DNA of 64,000 bases from a virus (taxonomy: Duplodnaviria > Caudoviricetes). Under the pieces are notes generated by a model. It was not told the origin of the DNA. It was given only the letters and a program-made list of their open reading frames with translations, and ran no database searches. Made by a program: the position numbers and the translations under genes. Where the stretch lies: the IMG/VR virus record IMGVR_UViG_3300021399_000098, one strand, 5' to 3'. Of the stretch, positions 1-9,091 are shown piece after piece. Every line of letters begins with the position of its first letter. Position 1 is the stretch's first letter.

Positions 1-684
1 AGCACCCATAAACTGTGATGACACAGAATATACAAGGTTTATAAACTCTCCACAATATGATTTAAGGTCGGTTGGAGCTTTTGACTGACCACCTAAATTT
101 CTTAATCCATCCACCAAGAACGGATACATTGTGATTGCCACGCAGTATGGGTATCCTGGAGTTCCACTCTCGTCATGCTTATATAACACATGACTTTCCA
201 AGTCTTTAATGTACTGGTCTGCAAGTTTCTTAGAATATAATGCTCTAATTTTGTTGTGCATTATATATCTGTTCTGCATAATATTTTTCCCTTTATGAAG
301 CTCTTGGCCTAGGGTTACAACATTTTTGTTTTCTACATTGGCATTTGAGTCGTATTTTGAACCTGTTGATGCATTTGATGCGTTGATGTAATCTTGAATG
401 AAATCTCTGTCTTTCTGCAACACATGCTGCTTACCTTCTTTTTCCTCATAGTTCTTAATGTAAGCTCTAGCCACTTTTTTGTTTACTGACATCAAAGCTT
501 CTTCAACTTGTCTGCGTATTTCCTTTGAGCTTATCTTGTCATAAATGAAAAGATTCTTAATTAATGATTCAATAAGTCCATCAGGACAAACCTCATTTAC
601 AGCTACATATGCCTCGCAAATTCCATGTTTTACTTTCGAAGGGTTATATTCTTCAAAGTATCCTTCGCTTTTTCGTACTTCCAT
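1..684 (-). CDS. nrdD: Anaerobic ribonucleoside-triphosphate reductase (class III) with N-terminal ATP cone; 5' part only, continues past window start
   Basis: Not in the ORF track. Manual translation from ATG at 684 is open to position 1: MEVRKSEGYFEEYNPSKVKHGI (ATP cone) ... YINASNASTGSKYDSNANVENKN ... YKHDES ... PYCVAITMYPFL ... SSQFMGA, typical of Bacteroidota-type NrdD. Confidence 0.85.
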   Translation of the reverse strand, partial: MEVRKSEGYFEEYNPSKVKHGICEAYVAVNEVCPDGLIESLIKNLFIYDKISSKEIRRQVEEALMSVNKKVARAYIKNYEEKEGKQHVLQKDRDFIQDYINASNASTGSKYDSNANVENKNVVTLGQELHKGKNIMQNRYIMHNKIRALYSKKLADQYIKDLESHVLYKHDESGTPGYPYCVAITMYPFLVDGLRNLGGQSKAPTDLKSYCGEFINLVYSVSSQFMGA

Positions 685-905
685 TAAAACAAAACGTTTT
701 TATTCATTATTTTCATGTTCAATCGGTTAACCTTTTAATTTTTTTCAATCTAGATGTAAGAATAAATATGCCAAAATCATTCAAAAATTTCCAAAAAATA
801 AAAAAAAATTGGCCATCAAATTGTAAACCTTTGATAGCCAAAATAATCTCTGAAAAAAAAAAATTTTTTTTAATTTTAGCGTCAAAAAAACTATTTTTAA
901 TATAT

Positions 906-2312
906 TTAATTAGTCTTTTTTGAAAAGCTTTTCACTATTTCAGCTTGGAGTTTTATCTTATCATCTTCCTTCTTTTTCTTAACCTCTAAAAGACTGTCCA
1001 TTTCATTGACATTATCAGTGCTGATGCGGCATGTACCGTTGTTGAACTCAACGTTATCAAAGACTTTTCCGCTCTTTCCTGCACGATTTTTAAGGATAGC
1101 TATTGTTGCCTTATTGTCAGCGATGTCTTCTACAGTTCTTGCGATTGACATGATTACGTGAGCTATCTGTGCTTTCTTCACAGAACCGCCTATCTTATCC
1201 ATTGTAACCAACTCTAAGTTGATTGAGTCTTTTGTTCCTTGCGATGGAATCCAAATGGCCATGTCAAGCTCACCAGCCATTGCTTCAAACCTACGCATGG
1301 TTTTACCTTCCTTTTCAAACTCGTTGGTGATTGACTTGTCAGTTTCATGCTCCAAGCACTCGAAATAGTCAATAATTGTTAAGTCTGGTTTAAAACCACT
1401 GTTTATCAACCTTTTGATATACCTTTCAATTTGCCTAGCTGTTTTTTCACCACTTGGAAACTTAACAATTCTTAAATTCTTTTGAAGTTCTTCCTTCTGT
1501 GGAAAACTATCAATTGTAGCCCTTACATAGTCTATGTTACTAGGTTTTGAAAGGTCTTTGGCTTCAATACCTGTAATACGTCCTATGTGCTTCCTTTGAA
1601 TTTGCTTAATCCTATCCTCAAATACAATCTGCAAAACCTTATATCCGTTACAAGCTGCATGTGAAGCCATTGCAGTTGTAAGACTAGTTTTACCGAATGA
1701 AGTAGGCCCAATTATAACTCCTAACTCACCTTTACCTAGGCCACCCTCTAATACCTCGTCAATTTTACCAATACCTGTTGGAATTGGAACTCTATAATCA
1801 TCCGAAAGAGTTTCATTCAAATGGTCAAACAAACTCTCCCCAAAATCATTGTGGATACCCTTTGCCATTGCATCGTTCAAAAGACCGACACAAGCCTCAT
1901 ATTTATCGGTATCGCCATTACCAGCTATTTTCAGTATTTCATTGGCAGTTTTGATTATGTTTTGTTGCCTAAAGAATTTTTCTGCCAACTCTCTTATCCT
2001 TTCCACACCATCACTTTCTGTAGTCTTGACTTTTTCAAGAATTGCGAGATAAATTTCAGTCTCTTTTTCTGAGTGTGAAATATCTCGCAATTCAATTTCC
2101 ATCATTTCATATGAGGGAACATTACCTTTCCTCTCATAGTAGTTTTTCATAACTCCTACAAATGTTTTCAGATTTGGGTCAGTAAACATATTTTGGTCTA
2201 ATATGGCACTCAAATCTTCAAAAAATGTGTGGTTTTCCATGAACTCATGGGCAAGTCTATACTGAAATCCTTCTCCTAGATACCCTAAGTTGTTTTTATT
2301 TTGAGCCATCAA
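906..2312 (-). CDS. Replicative DNA helicase, DnaB / T4 gp41-like (SF4)
   Basis: Walker A GPTSFGKT, IIDYFE, SQ motif and KNRAG in C-terminal RecA-fold domain. Confidence 0.9.
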   Translation of the reverse strand: MMAQNKNNLGYLGEGFQYRLAHEFMENHTFFEDLSAILDQNMFTDPNLKTFVGVMKNYYERKGNVPSYEMMEIELRDISHSEKETEIYLAILEKVKTTESDGVERIRELAEKFFRQQNIIKTANEILKIAGNGDTDKYEACVGLLNDAMAKGIHNDFGESLFDHLNETLSDDYRVPIPTGIGKIDEVLEGGLGKGELGVIIGPTSFGKTSLTTAMASHAACNGYKVLQIVFEDRIKQIQRKHIGRITGIEAKDLSKPSNIDYVRATIDSFPQKEELQKNLRIVKFPSGEKTARQIERYIKRLINSGFKPDLTIIDYFECLEHETDKSITNEFEKEGKTMRRFEAMAGELDMAIWIPSQGTKDSINLELVTMDKIGGSVKKAQIAHVIMSIARTVEDIADNKATIAILKNRAGKSGKVFDNVEFNNGTCRISTDNVNEMDSLLEVKKKKEDDKIKLQAEIVKSFSKKTN

Positions 2313-2334
2313 AAAACCAATTTACTATGATTAT

Positions 2335-3129
2335 TTAGTATAAATTCTTAAAATATTTATCTGTTTTCCTTTGAACTGAACGCTCCCAATCCCTTTCCAT
2401 CTTCTTATTAGCAAGGTACAAGCTGTATGAATACTTCTTGTGTTTTGATGGGTCTCCAGACTTTTTGTCATTTCCATACTCTTCAATGACAGTGTATTTA
2501 CTCAAATATTTATTGTTGTCTTTAGGGTCAAAATAACCCTTCTGACTGTTCTTAATCTCCTCCTTTGACGGAGAACAAGCCTCACAAATCTTCTTGGTAA
2601 TCTGTAACAACACATCAGGCTTGTCAATTATCATAGCCCTCAACACCTCATGCTCAAATGAAAGACGGTCTTCGTTTGACTTAAAGAACGAATCCTTGTC
2701 ATAAGCATACGTCTGTCCTTCCTTTGTAGTGACCTTTACAGTCTTATTGCCCAAATCAACCTTTTCACGAATATACTTAGGATAAGCATATCCATCCCAA
2801 ATCTTAGTGATTACATCACGCTTGTTGTCAGAAATGACAAGCTTGAAAGTGCAAGCCCAAGGGTCAATCAGCGGAGAATGGAACTCATCGCTCTCATCTT
2901 GCATCTGTGGATTGTAGTAATACCACGTGTAAACCCTACTCTTTGACTTCAAATCGTCATCAATAATTTTCACGATTTCATCTACCTTTTCCTTGAACTC
3001 CAACGTGTTCATGCTGTTTTCAATGAAATTGTAGATTCTAAAATTTCTCTTACAAATGATGTTGTCGTTTACATAGACGGTAAACTCAAACCTCTCTTCT
3101 TTGTAATCTTTGATTTCTTTGTTTTCCAT
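2335..3129 (-). CDS. Hypothetical protein
   Basis: 264-aa ORF in the replication cluster, preceded by a TAnnTTTG promoter. Confidence 0.7.
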   Translation of the reverse strand: MENKEIKDYKEERFEFTVYVNDNIICKRNFRIYNFIENSMNTLEFKEKVDEIVKIIDDDLKSKSRVYTWYYYNPQMQDESDEFHSPLIDPWACTFKLVISDNKRDVITKIWDGYAYPKYIREKVDLGNKTVKVTTKEGQTYAYDKDSFFKSNEDRLSFEHEVLRAMIIDKPDVLLQITKKICEACSPSKEEIKNSQKGYFDPKDNNKYLSKYTVIEEYGNDKKSGDPSKHKKYSYSLYLANKKMERDWERSVQRKTDKYFKNLY

Positions 3130-3185
3130 AAAAAATTGTTAAAAATTAAACATATGTGAATACTCTCGTTTTTCAAATTTCAATG

Positions 3186-3217
3186 CAAAGATATGAAAAA
3201 AAATGTTAAAATCCAAA
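3186..3217 (-). promoter_or_regulatory. Bacteroidota sigma-A type promoter (-33 TTTG, -7 TATCTTTG)
   Basis: Minus strand TTTG-N20-TATCTTTG upstream of 3129. Confidence 0.7.
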
Positions 3218-3224
3218 ATTTAAT

Positions 3225-4385
3225 TTAACTTTTTTTTAAAAATTCTTTAAAACGCCTCTTTTCCATCATTATTATCCTAGAATATGGTGAAAACACTTCA
3301 CTGAATTTATTCTCATCGGAAAGTTGGCTCATTTCATTTTCATTTATTATCATATATACATTCTTCATATCCCTATCACTTGTATCTATGGGAGCATATA
3401 ACACGTCCGAAAGTTCCTTAACAGCCTCATCGGTCATTAACGGTTCTGACAAATCAATTATTTTTTGATTGATTTCATATAACTTATCCCCTTGACACCC
3501 ATCTGTGATGCCGTTAACGATGTTTTCAAGCGATTTGAGCGGTTTTTTCTTGGCTTCCTTCCTCTCTTCCAACAACTCCTTAGAACGCGCTATAACGGCC
3601 TCTAAATTCATTTTTTCAGTCTTAATCTGAGGAAAAAGTTTAATTAATGTCTGCTCGCCAATACCCTTAACACCTTTTATGTTATCAGACACATCACCAC
3701 ACAGAATTTTTTCAAGCACAACATTCTCATGTGTAATGCCTATCTTCTCAACTGAGTTATCCTTTGTTATGAAATCCTTCATTCTAGGGTTGTACACTAT
3801 GACATCTTCGCATATCAACTGTGTTAGGTCTTTGTCAGAAGAGACAATTACAACCTTTTCATTCTCTTGTCTGTTTTTAACACAATAACTTATGACATCA
3901 TCACCCTCTACATTCTCAAACTCATACTGCCTGACACAAAGTTCTTCCAATATACTACTTATTATGGATTTTTGCCTCTTGAAGGACAATTCCTCTTCTT
4001 TCTTCAGCTTATTGGCATTATAATCCAAAACCATTTTTTGGTAAGCTATCAGCTTTTTTTCATAATCACTTAAATTTGGGTCATGCAACTCATAGTGCTT
4101 GTCTCTGTTGGCTTTATAGTCCTCATACAGCTTCCATCTGAGCACACCACTACCTGTACCATCCCAACACACTGTGCAATAATTGAAATCCTTCTTATTC
4201 AATATAGTACCTAGTATTCTTAGGAATGACACAACTGCGCCATACTCTTGGCCGCTACTGTTCATGGTTTTATCAACTAGGGATATTTTCAATAGGTTGT
4301 TTCCATCAACAACTAAACTGTATATGGCTTCCTTATTGGAAATACCATTTGCCACTGCTCTACTTTTCTTTATCGGTTGTTTCAT
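3225..4385 (-). CDS. 5'-3' exonuclease / flap endonuclease (PolA N-terminal / T4 RNase H-like)
   Basis: VVDGNN, YKANR, EGDDVI, SSDKDLTQL, GDVSDNIKGVKGIG (H3TH) motifs. Confidence 0.9.
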   Translation of the reverse strand: MKQPIKKSRAVANGISNKEAIYSLVVDGNNLLKISLVDKTMNSSGQEYGAVVSFLRILGTILNKKDFNYCTVCWDGTGSGVLRWKLYEDYKANRDKHYELHDPNLSDYEKKLIAYQKMVLDYNANKLKKEEELSFKRQKSIISSILEELCVRQYEFENVEGDDVISYCVKNRQENEKVVIVSSDKDLTQLICEDVIVYNPRMKDFITKDNSVEKIGITHENVVLEKILCGDVSDNIKGVKGIGEQTLIKLFPQIKTEKMNLEAVIARSKELLEERKEAKKKPLKSLENIVNGITDGCQGDKLYEINQKIIDLSEPLMTDEAVKELSDVLYAPIDTSDRDMKNVYMIINENEMSQLSDENKFSEVFSPYSRIIMMEKRRFKEFLKKS

Positions 4386-4746
4386 ACTCTACTACTCTAA
4401 CTGAAAGATTCTTCTCTTTCATTATATCTATCATATGCTTAGTTCCATGAGACTTGCCATCCCAGAAAGCTATTAATGCATCTGCAATGTTACCCATCTG
4501 TTCATTTCTGCGAAAGCCAGCAGACTTACCATACTTATCCCATTGGGCAGGATATACCTCCAAGTCAAAACCCTCTTCTTTGGCATATTTTTCACCCAAC
4601 GTATCAGCACCGCGTGCATGACCACTTATCACAACAATATTGGAATTTTGCCTCTTATCCCTAAGATATTTGTTGCACTGTTCCTTTAACAGTTTGTAAT
4701 TGCTGAAACCACGTGAGCCAGCTATGATTACTTTTAAAGTATTCAT
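4360..4746 (-). CDS. SLOG-family (YspA / DUF2493-like) protein
   Basis: IIAGSRGF, SGHARGAD, AGFRRNEQM, AFWDGKSHGT motifs. Confidence 0.8.
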   Translation of the reverse strand: MNTLKVIIAGSRGFSNYKLLKEQCNKYLRDKRQNSNIVVISGHARGADTLGEKYAKEEGFDLEVYPAQWDKYGKSAGFRRNEQMGNIADALIAFWDGKSHGTKHMIDIMKEKNLSVRVVEYETTDKEK

Positions 4747-4762
4747 AATTGTTTTTTTATTG

Positions 4763-4793
4763 CAAATATATATAAAAAAAGTTAAATTTCAAA
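4763..4793 (-). promoter_or_regulatory. Bacteroidota sigma-A type promoter
   Basis: Minus strand TTTG-N19-TATATTTG upstream of 4746. Confidence 0.7.
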
Positions 4794-4829
4794 ATAAAAA
4801 AGTATTTATTATTACATAAAATATGCATT

Positions 4830-6797
4830 ATGAAATATAATATAACAAAAGAACAATACAAAAGAATACTAATCGAATCCAATGTTAACAATTGGATTGA
4901 TGAGTCTATTCAGTTATACGAAGATGAAGAAGGTGGCAACGACATAAAATCAGTTAACGACAAATACATAAAAAATGCCAAAAACAAAATTAACCAAAGA
5001 ATAACTGATAAATTTTCAAGTGGTGACGAACATTTAGCTCAAAAAGCTAATGAGATTGGCATAAATTTTGACTACGATGCTGAAAAGTTGATGAATCAGA
5101 AAAAACAACTGTTCAAACGTTTGAATGTTAATTCAAGAATAACATCAACCATAAAAAAAGTCATTGGAATACTTAGAAAAGTTACTGCAAAAGATGGTGG
5201 AATTCAACACAAAAAACTTATTCAAATGTGCAATGCAAAGCCTAGTCAAACATATGGAATGTCATATGAACAAATACTAAGATACAAAGACTTTATAGAT
5301 AGCCAAGACTTAAGGTACTTATATGATAATTCTGTGTTAGGTGTAGATGATAAAGTAAAAAAATTTGGAGTTACCGTTAATGATAAAGGTAAAACTTCAT
5401 ATAAAAACTTAAACTTCAATAACATAACTCCTGAACATCTAAAACAATGGATGGGTGGAGGTGAAGGTAAAAACAAAAGAAGCTTAAAATTCACCGAAGA
5501 CATGGCTATAGTGCAAATGAAAAGCAACATAGTCGATAGATACTTGATGAGTGAATATGGTATTTCTTTCAACGTTCCTAATTTTTCTTTAGGTAACGAA
5601 AAAGTGAAAGGTGCTCTTATGATTAACTTTACATCAGCGTTTAGATGTCCTGCTTGGAATGAATGTATTGTAAAACATGCTTGTTACGCTAGAGCTGGTG
5701 AGGGTACATATTATGACAACCAAAAAACTAGTAATGACAAAAAGCACTTAATGTGGGAAGCTTGTCAAGGAGACCCAGAACTAACAGAATACGTTTATGA
5801 AATGCTAAAAGCATATGTTGTTAATTGGGGCGATGTTGCTAAAGAAATTGGTGCTAATGACGAAGAAATAGAAGAATTAATATCCAAAAACTTTTCCGAA
5901 ATAGAAGACCAAAACACATTATATGCAATTAAAAACCATGTTAGAGTGCATGATGTTAGACTTAACGAAAACGGAGATTTCATTGGTCAATGGCTATTAG
6001 ATGAATTTGACAGAATTGCAGGAGATTTTAAAGTTATAGGTGTTAACACTGCCGCATATTCTTGTAGAAACCTAAACTTTACAGGTATAAAAAACATTGT
6101 AATCAATGCATCTAGAATGATAATGGAAGGTGATGCAATTGCAAGATATTTCTATGCAATACCTGAAAAAATGTATGATGCATTTGAAGATACATATGAA
6201 AGTAAAGACATTGTAAATGACTATAATGCAGTACACAGAGTACCAAAACCTTTGGTCAATGCAAAAGGTCAGCCAAATGGCTCATTCTACTACAAATGCC
6301 CATGCAGTAGAGAAGATTTCACAATAGATGGTGTGGCATCTGCTAGTGGAAAAGGGAAAAAAGTGCATGTCAACTGTTATCAATGCCATTTATGTTACGA
6401 GGCACCTGATGAGGAAATGAAAAACATTTTGAAACAAGGAAATGGTAAATTCTTTGTGTTTGTAAAAGCTCACGGTTCAAAAGCGAATGAACTAACAGGT
6501 AAACGCGAAGCAGAAATAATAAACAAGGTGGGTGTTCCTCAATCATACCAAGTAGGACTTAGAGCTAGCGGAAAAGATTATGTGTATGATAAAAACCTAA
6601 ACATGAAAGAATCCGTTAACCAAAACAAACCACTAATAACAGAAAATGCTGCTGCAAACGAAGCATATAACATTATTGCTAGCAATGCAATATATAGCAT
6701 GAATGAAAAAGTAAAAGGCTTAATGGCTGAAAGCAAAGAAAACTTCTTCACTGCTAGCGTTAATAAAATATTAAACGAAAAAAAGGTTAAGAACTAA
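4830..6797 (+). CDS. GP88-like Cys-rich (radical-SAM-like) phage protein with long N-terminal extension
   Basis: GNEK...CPAWNECIVKHACYA, VRLNENGDF, C-terminal CPC...CYQCHLC. Confidence 0.55.
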   Translation: MKYNITKEQYKRILIESNVNNWIDESIQLYEDEEGGNDIKSVNDKYIKNAKNKINQRITDKFSSGDEHLAQKANEIGINFDYDAEKLMNQKKQLFKRLNVNSRITSTIKKVIGILRKVTAKDGGIQHKKLIQMCNAKPSQTYGMSYEQILRYKDFIDSQDLRYLYDNSVLGVDDKVKKFGVTVNDKGKTSYKNLNFNNITPEHLKQWMGGGEGKNKRSLKFTEDMAIVQMKSNIVDRYLMSEYGISFNVPNFSLGNEKVKGALMINFTSAFRCPAWNECIVKHACYARAGEGTYYDNQKTSNDKKHLMWEACQGDPELTEYVYEMLKAYVVNWGDVAKEIGANDEEIEELISKNFSEIEDQNTLYAIKNHVRVHDVRLNENGDFIGQWLLDEFDRIAGDFKVIGVNTAAYSCRNLNFTGIKNIVINASRMIMEGDAIARYFYAIPEKMYDAFEDTYESKDIVNDYNAVHRVPKPLVNAKGQPNGSFYYKCPCSREDFTIDGVASASGKGKKVHVNCYQCHLCYEAPDEEMKNILKQGNGKFFVFVKAHGSKANELTGKREAEIINKVGVPQSYQVGLRASGKDYVYDKNLNMKESVNQNKPLITENAAANEAYNIIASNAIYSMNEKVKGLMAESKENFFTASVNKILNEKKVKN

Positions 6798-6814
6798 CTC
6801 TTAACCTTTTTTTT
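6778..6814. terminator. Bidirectional intrinsic terminator
   Basis: A-tract-GGTTAAGA / TCTTAACC-T-tract inverted repeat between convergent genes. Confidence 0.75.
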
Positions 6815-6820
6815 ATGTCA

Positions 6821-7435
6821 TTATCTGTATGCTGCCACACAAGCATATTCCATAGGATTCTTACCCTTCTTCATAATAGCCTCTAGCTTTGCAATCTGTT
6901 CTCTTATTTCATAAAGGTTATCATTTGCTCTCAGCACAATTTCACGAAGACCAACCAACCTACCATCTGGAGAACCGTTAATTGCCTCCGTATGTCCAAA
7001 CAACCTAGTGCACTCTGACTTGCTTATTCCGACCAAAAGGCACTGCACGTCCTCAACAATGGCTTTAAGCTTCCAACTGACTCTTTCAATAAGCTCAGTT
7101 CCAACATACTGTTTCTGCTCATATATGAGGTTAAGAAGCTCAGAATGCTTCATCGTCAAACTAGCAATTGCCTTACGGACATCTGCTTGGCTCTTGAGGT
7201 ACTTTACAAGGTCAGCAGAGCCTCCACGTCCATGACGAAGAACACCACTTTCCTTGTCAAAGAACTTCACCAACATTCTAACTGGAACATACGGTGATTT
7301 TCTATCATACACGTCTGCCGAAATAACAGACTTTACAAAACACATGGCACTCTTAATGTCAATGTACTCAATGCCATCAAGCAGATGAGGGTCGTAGGAT
7401 ATTTTATCCCTCTTGGTAACTTTAACTTTTTTCAT
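6821..7435 (-). CDS. Hypothetical protein
   Basis: 204-aa ORF. Confidence 0.6.
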   Translation of the reverse strand: MKKVKVTKRDKISYDPHLLDGIEYIDIKSAMCFVKSVISADVYDRKSPYVPVRMLVKFFDKESGVLRHGRGGSADLVKYLKSQADVRKAIASLTMKHSELLNLIYEQKQYVGTELIERVSWKLKAIVEDVQCLLVGISKSECTRLFGHTEAINGSPDGRLVGLREIVLRANDNLYEIREQIAKLEAIMKKGKNPMEYACVAAYR

Positions 7436-7813
7436 TTATCTAACGTATTCACAATCTTCCCAATATGAAGGTAAATTAAGTGCGCAAGTGGACGAAATCT
7501 TAAAAATGTTTCCCCTAGCCTCGTCTTTTAAAAAAGTATATATAGCATTTCTTATAAGAGGATTAAGCTCTTTCATTTGCGCATCTGTAAGATGCTCATG
7601 ATGAAAATCTTCAATATTATATCTAACATATGCTGCAATTGCTTTTGCTTTAAAATTAAGGTTATTTTCTAACTTATTTTTAAAGCTATCAAACATCCTT
7701 AAAACTTTTCTTTTTTCATTAGGACTAGATGTCTTAAAACCATTTATCAACAAATCCCTTATTTCAACATTTTCGTAACTGTTGAAAATATCCATTAATT
7801 CTTTAACTCTCAT
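7436..7813 (-). CDS. Hypothetical protein (likely start MRVKELM at 7813)
   Basis: ORF follows a TTTG-N19-TATATTTG promoter at 7834-7864. Confidence 0.6.
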   Translation of the reverse strand: MRVKELMDIFNSYENVEIRDLLINGFKTSSPNEKRKVLRMFDSFKNKLENNLNFKAKAIAAYVRYNIEDFHHEHLTDAQMKELNPLIRNAIYTFLKDEARGNIFKISSTCALNLPSYWEDCEYVR

Positions 7814-7890
7814 AATTAATCTTTTTTTTTTTGCAAATATACGAAAAAAAATTGAATTACCAAAACGATAATCCAATTTTTTAACATTTT

Positions 7891-9042
7891 TTATCTAACA
7901 TATAAACCTAATGGCTTATTTTTCAACACCTTGATGAGTTGTTCATTCATTGTGGACTGTTTTTCCATCAAGTTCCAAGGTGTCATTCTTTCTAATCTTT
8001 CCTTTAATTCGTTAAGAACAGTTTCCTTCTCAGACTTTCCTTGTTCAAGTAGCATGTTATAGTCCATCTGCATTTCTGCCTCTGGAATCTTCACCACACC
8101 ACTATATGTACCTCTTATAATACCAAGCAAAATCTTAGCCTCCGCCACAAGTAAACGTCTGATAATCTGCTGTGTAGGATTGTTCATCAACTCATACCTC
8201 ATCTTATCCAATGGAACTTCATCTGGGGTTATTATCACATCATCCTTATTCTCAATTCTACAAAGGTCAGCAGCATCATCACTTCCACTTACATCATAAT
8301 ATGTGTACCATACATAACAATTCGCATACTTATTCCAACCCCAAGTATCATCAGCAGCAATACCACCAACCATATTTGGAGAACCTGGAACAGAAAGCAA
8401 ATGAACCAAGTGTGTTCCCTCTGGTCCAGCCGTAACTTGATAAGCCAAATCGCCTCTCAATAGAGAGTTTTTATATTTCAAGTCAGCTGACATTAAAGCT
8501 GTATCATATGCAGAACCAACATAGAAACCAGTGATACCCATACCATTGCCCATGTTACCATATTGTCCAAAACCGCCACCAATACCTGTGTCTAGAGTAC
8601 CTAGATTACCATAAAGTGCTGCTTTGGTTGTAGATGGAGTTACATACATAACCTTGTTGATTTCACGCCCAGCTGGTATAACATATACTTGTTTTCCTCT
8701 CTCAACTTGGAAAAAGTCTTTCTTAAGCTCATATGGGCCTCTCTGTTGTAGTCCGACCTCGCGACTAAACCAGTACGAATAATCACGAGACCAATCCATT
8801 GTTCGTATCGTCATCGCATATGCCAATTCGTTAGCATTTTGGAATTGGAATGTATTTTTATTCTGAATATTAAGCCATTGCGTTTCGATTACCCAATTTT
8901 GAACCTTTTCAGCATAATCGCCAATAGCGACATCCAAAAGGTCACAAAGTTGTTCATCTTCAAGCTGAACAATACGTATTGGAGCGCCTAGCATTGTGCG
9001 AACTGTACGAAATAGGCTTTTTACATCTTCTGTTAATACCAT
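7891..9042 (-). CDS. Neck protein / head-tail adaptor, T4 gp13-like (likely start MVLTED at 9042)
   Basis: LGAPIRIVQLEDEQLCDLLDVAI resembles the gp13 N-terminus; TATTTATA motif at 9060-9067. Confidence 0.75.
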   Translation of the reverse strand: MVLTEDVKSLFRTVRTMLGAPIRIVQLEDEQLCDLLDVAIGDYAEKVQNWVIETQWLNIQNKNTFQFQNANELAYAMTIRTMDWSRDYSYWFSREVGLQQRGPYELKKDFFQVERGKQVYVIPAGREINKVMYVTPSTTKAALYGNLGTLDTGIGGGFGQYGNMGNGMGITGFYVGSAYDTALMSADLKYKNSLLRGDLAYQVTAGPEGTHLVHLLSVPGSPNMVGGIAADDTWGWNKYANCYVWYTYYDVSGSDDAADLCRIENKDDVIITPDEVPLDKMRYELMNNPTQQIIRRLLVAEAKILLGIIRGTYSGVVKIPEAEMQMDYNMLLEQGKSEKETVLNELKERLERMTPWNLMEKQSTMNEQLIKVLKNKPLGLYVR

Positions 9043-9091
9043 AGTATAGTTATTTATACTATAAATATTAGTCAATAAAAAAAGATACTAC

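Noticed and set aside
545-923. Plus-strand ORFs 545-730 and 609-923
   Set aside because: Antisense to nrdD or within AT-rich intergenic DNA; composition not protein-like
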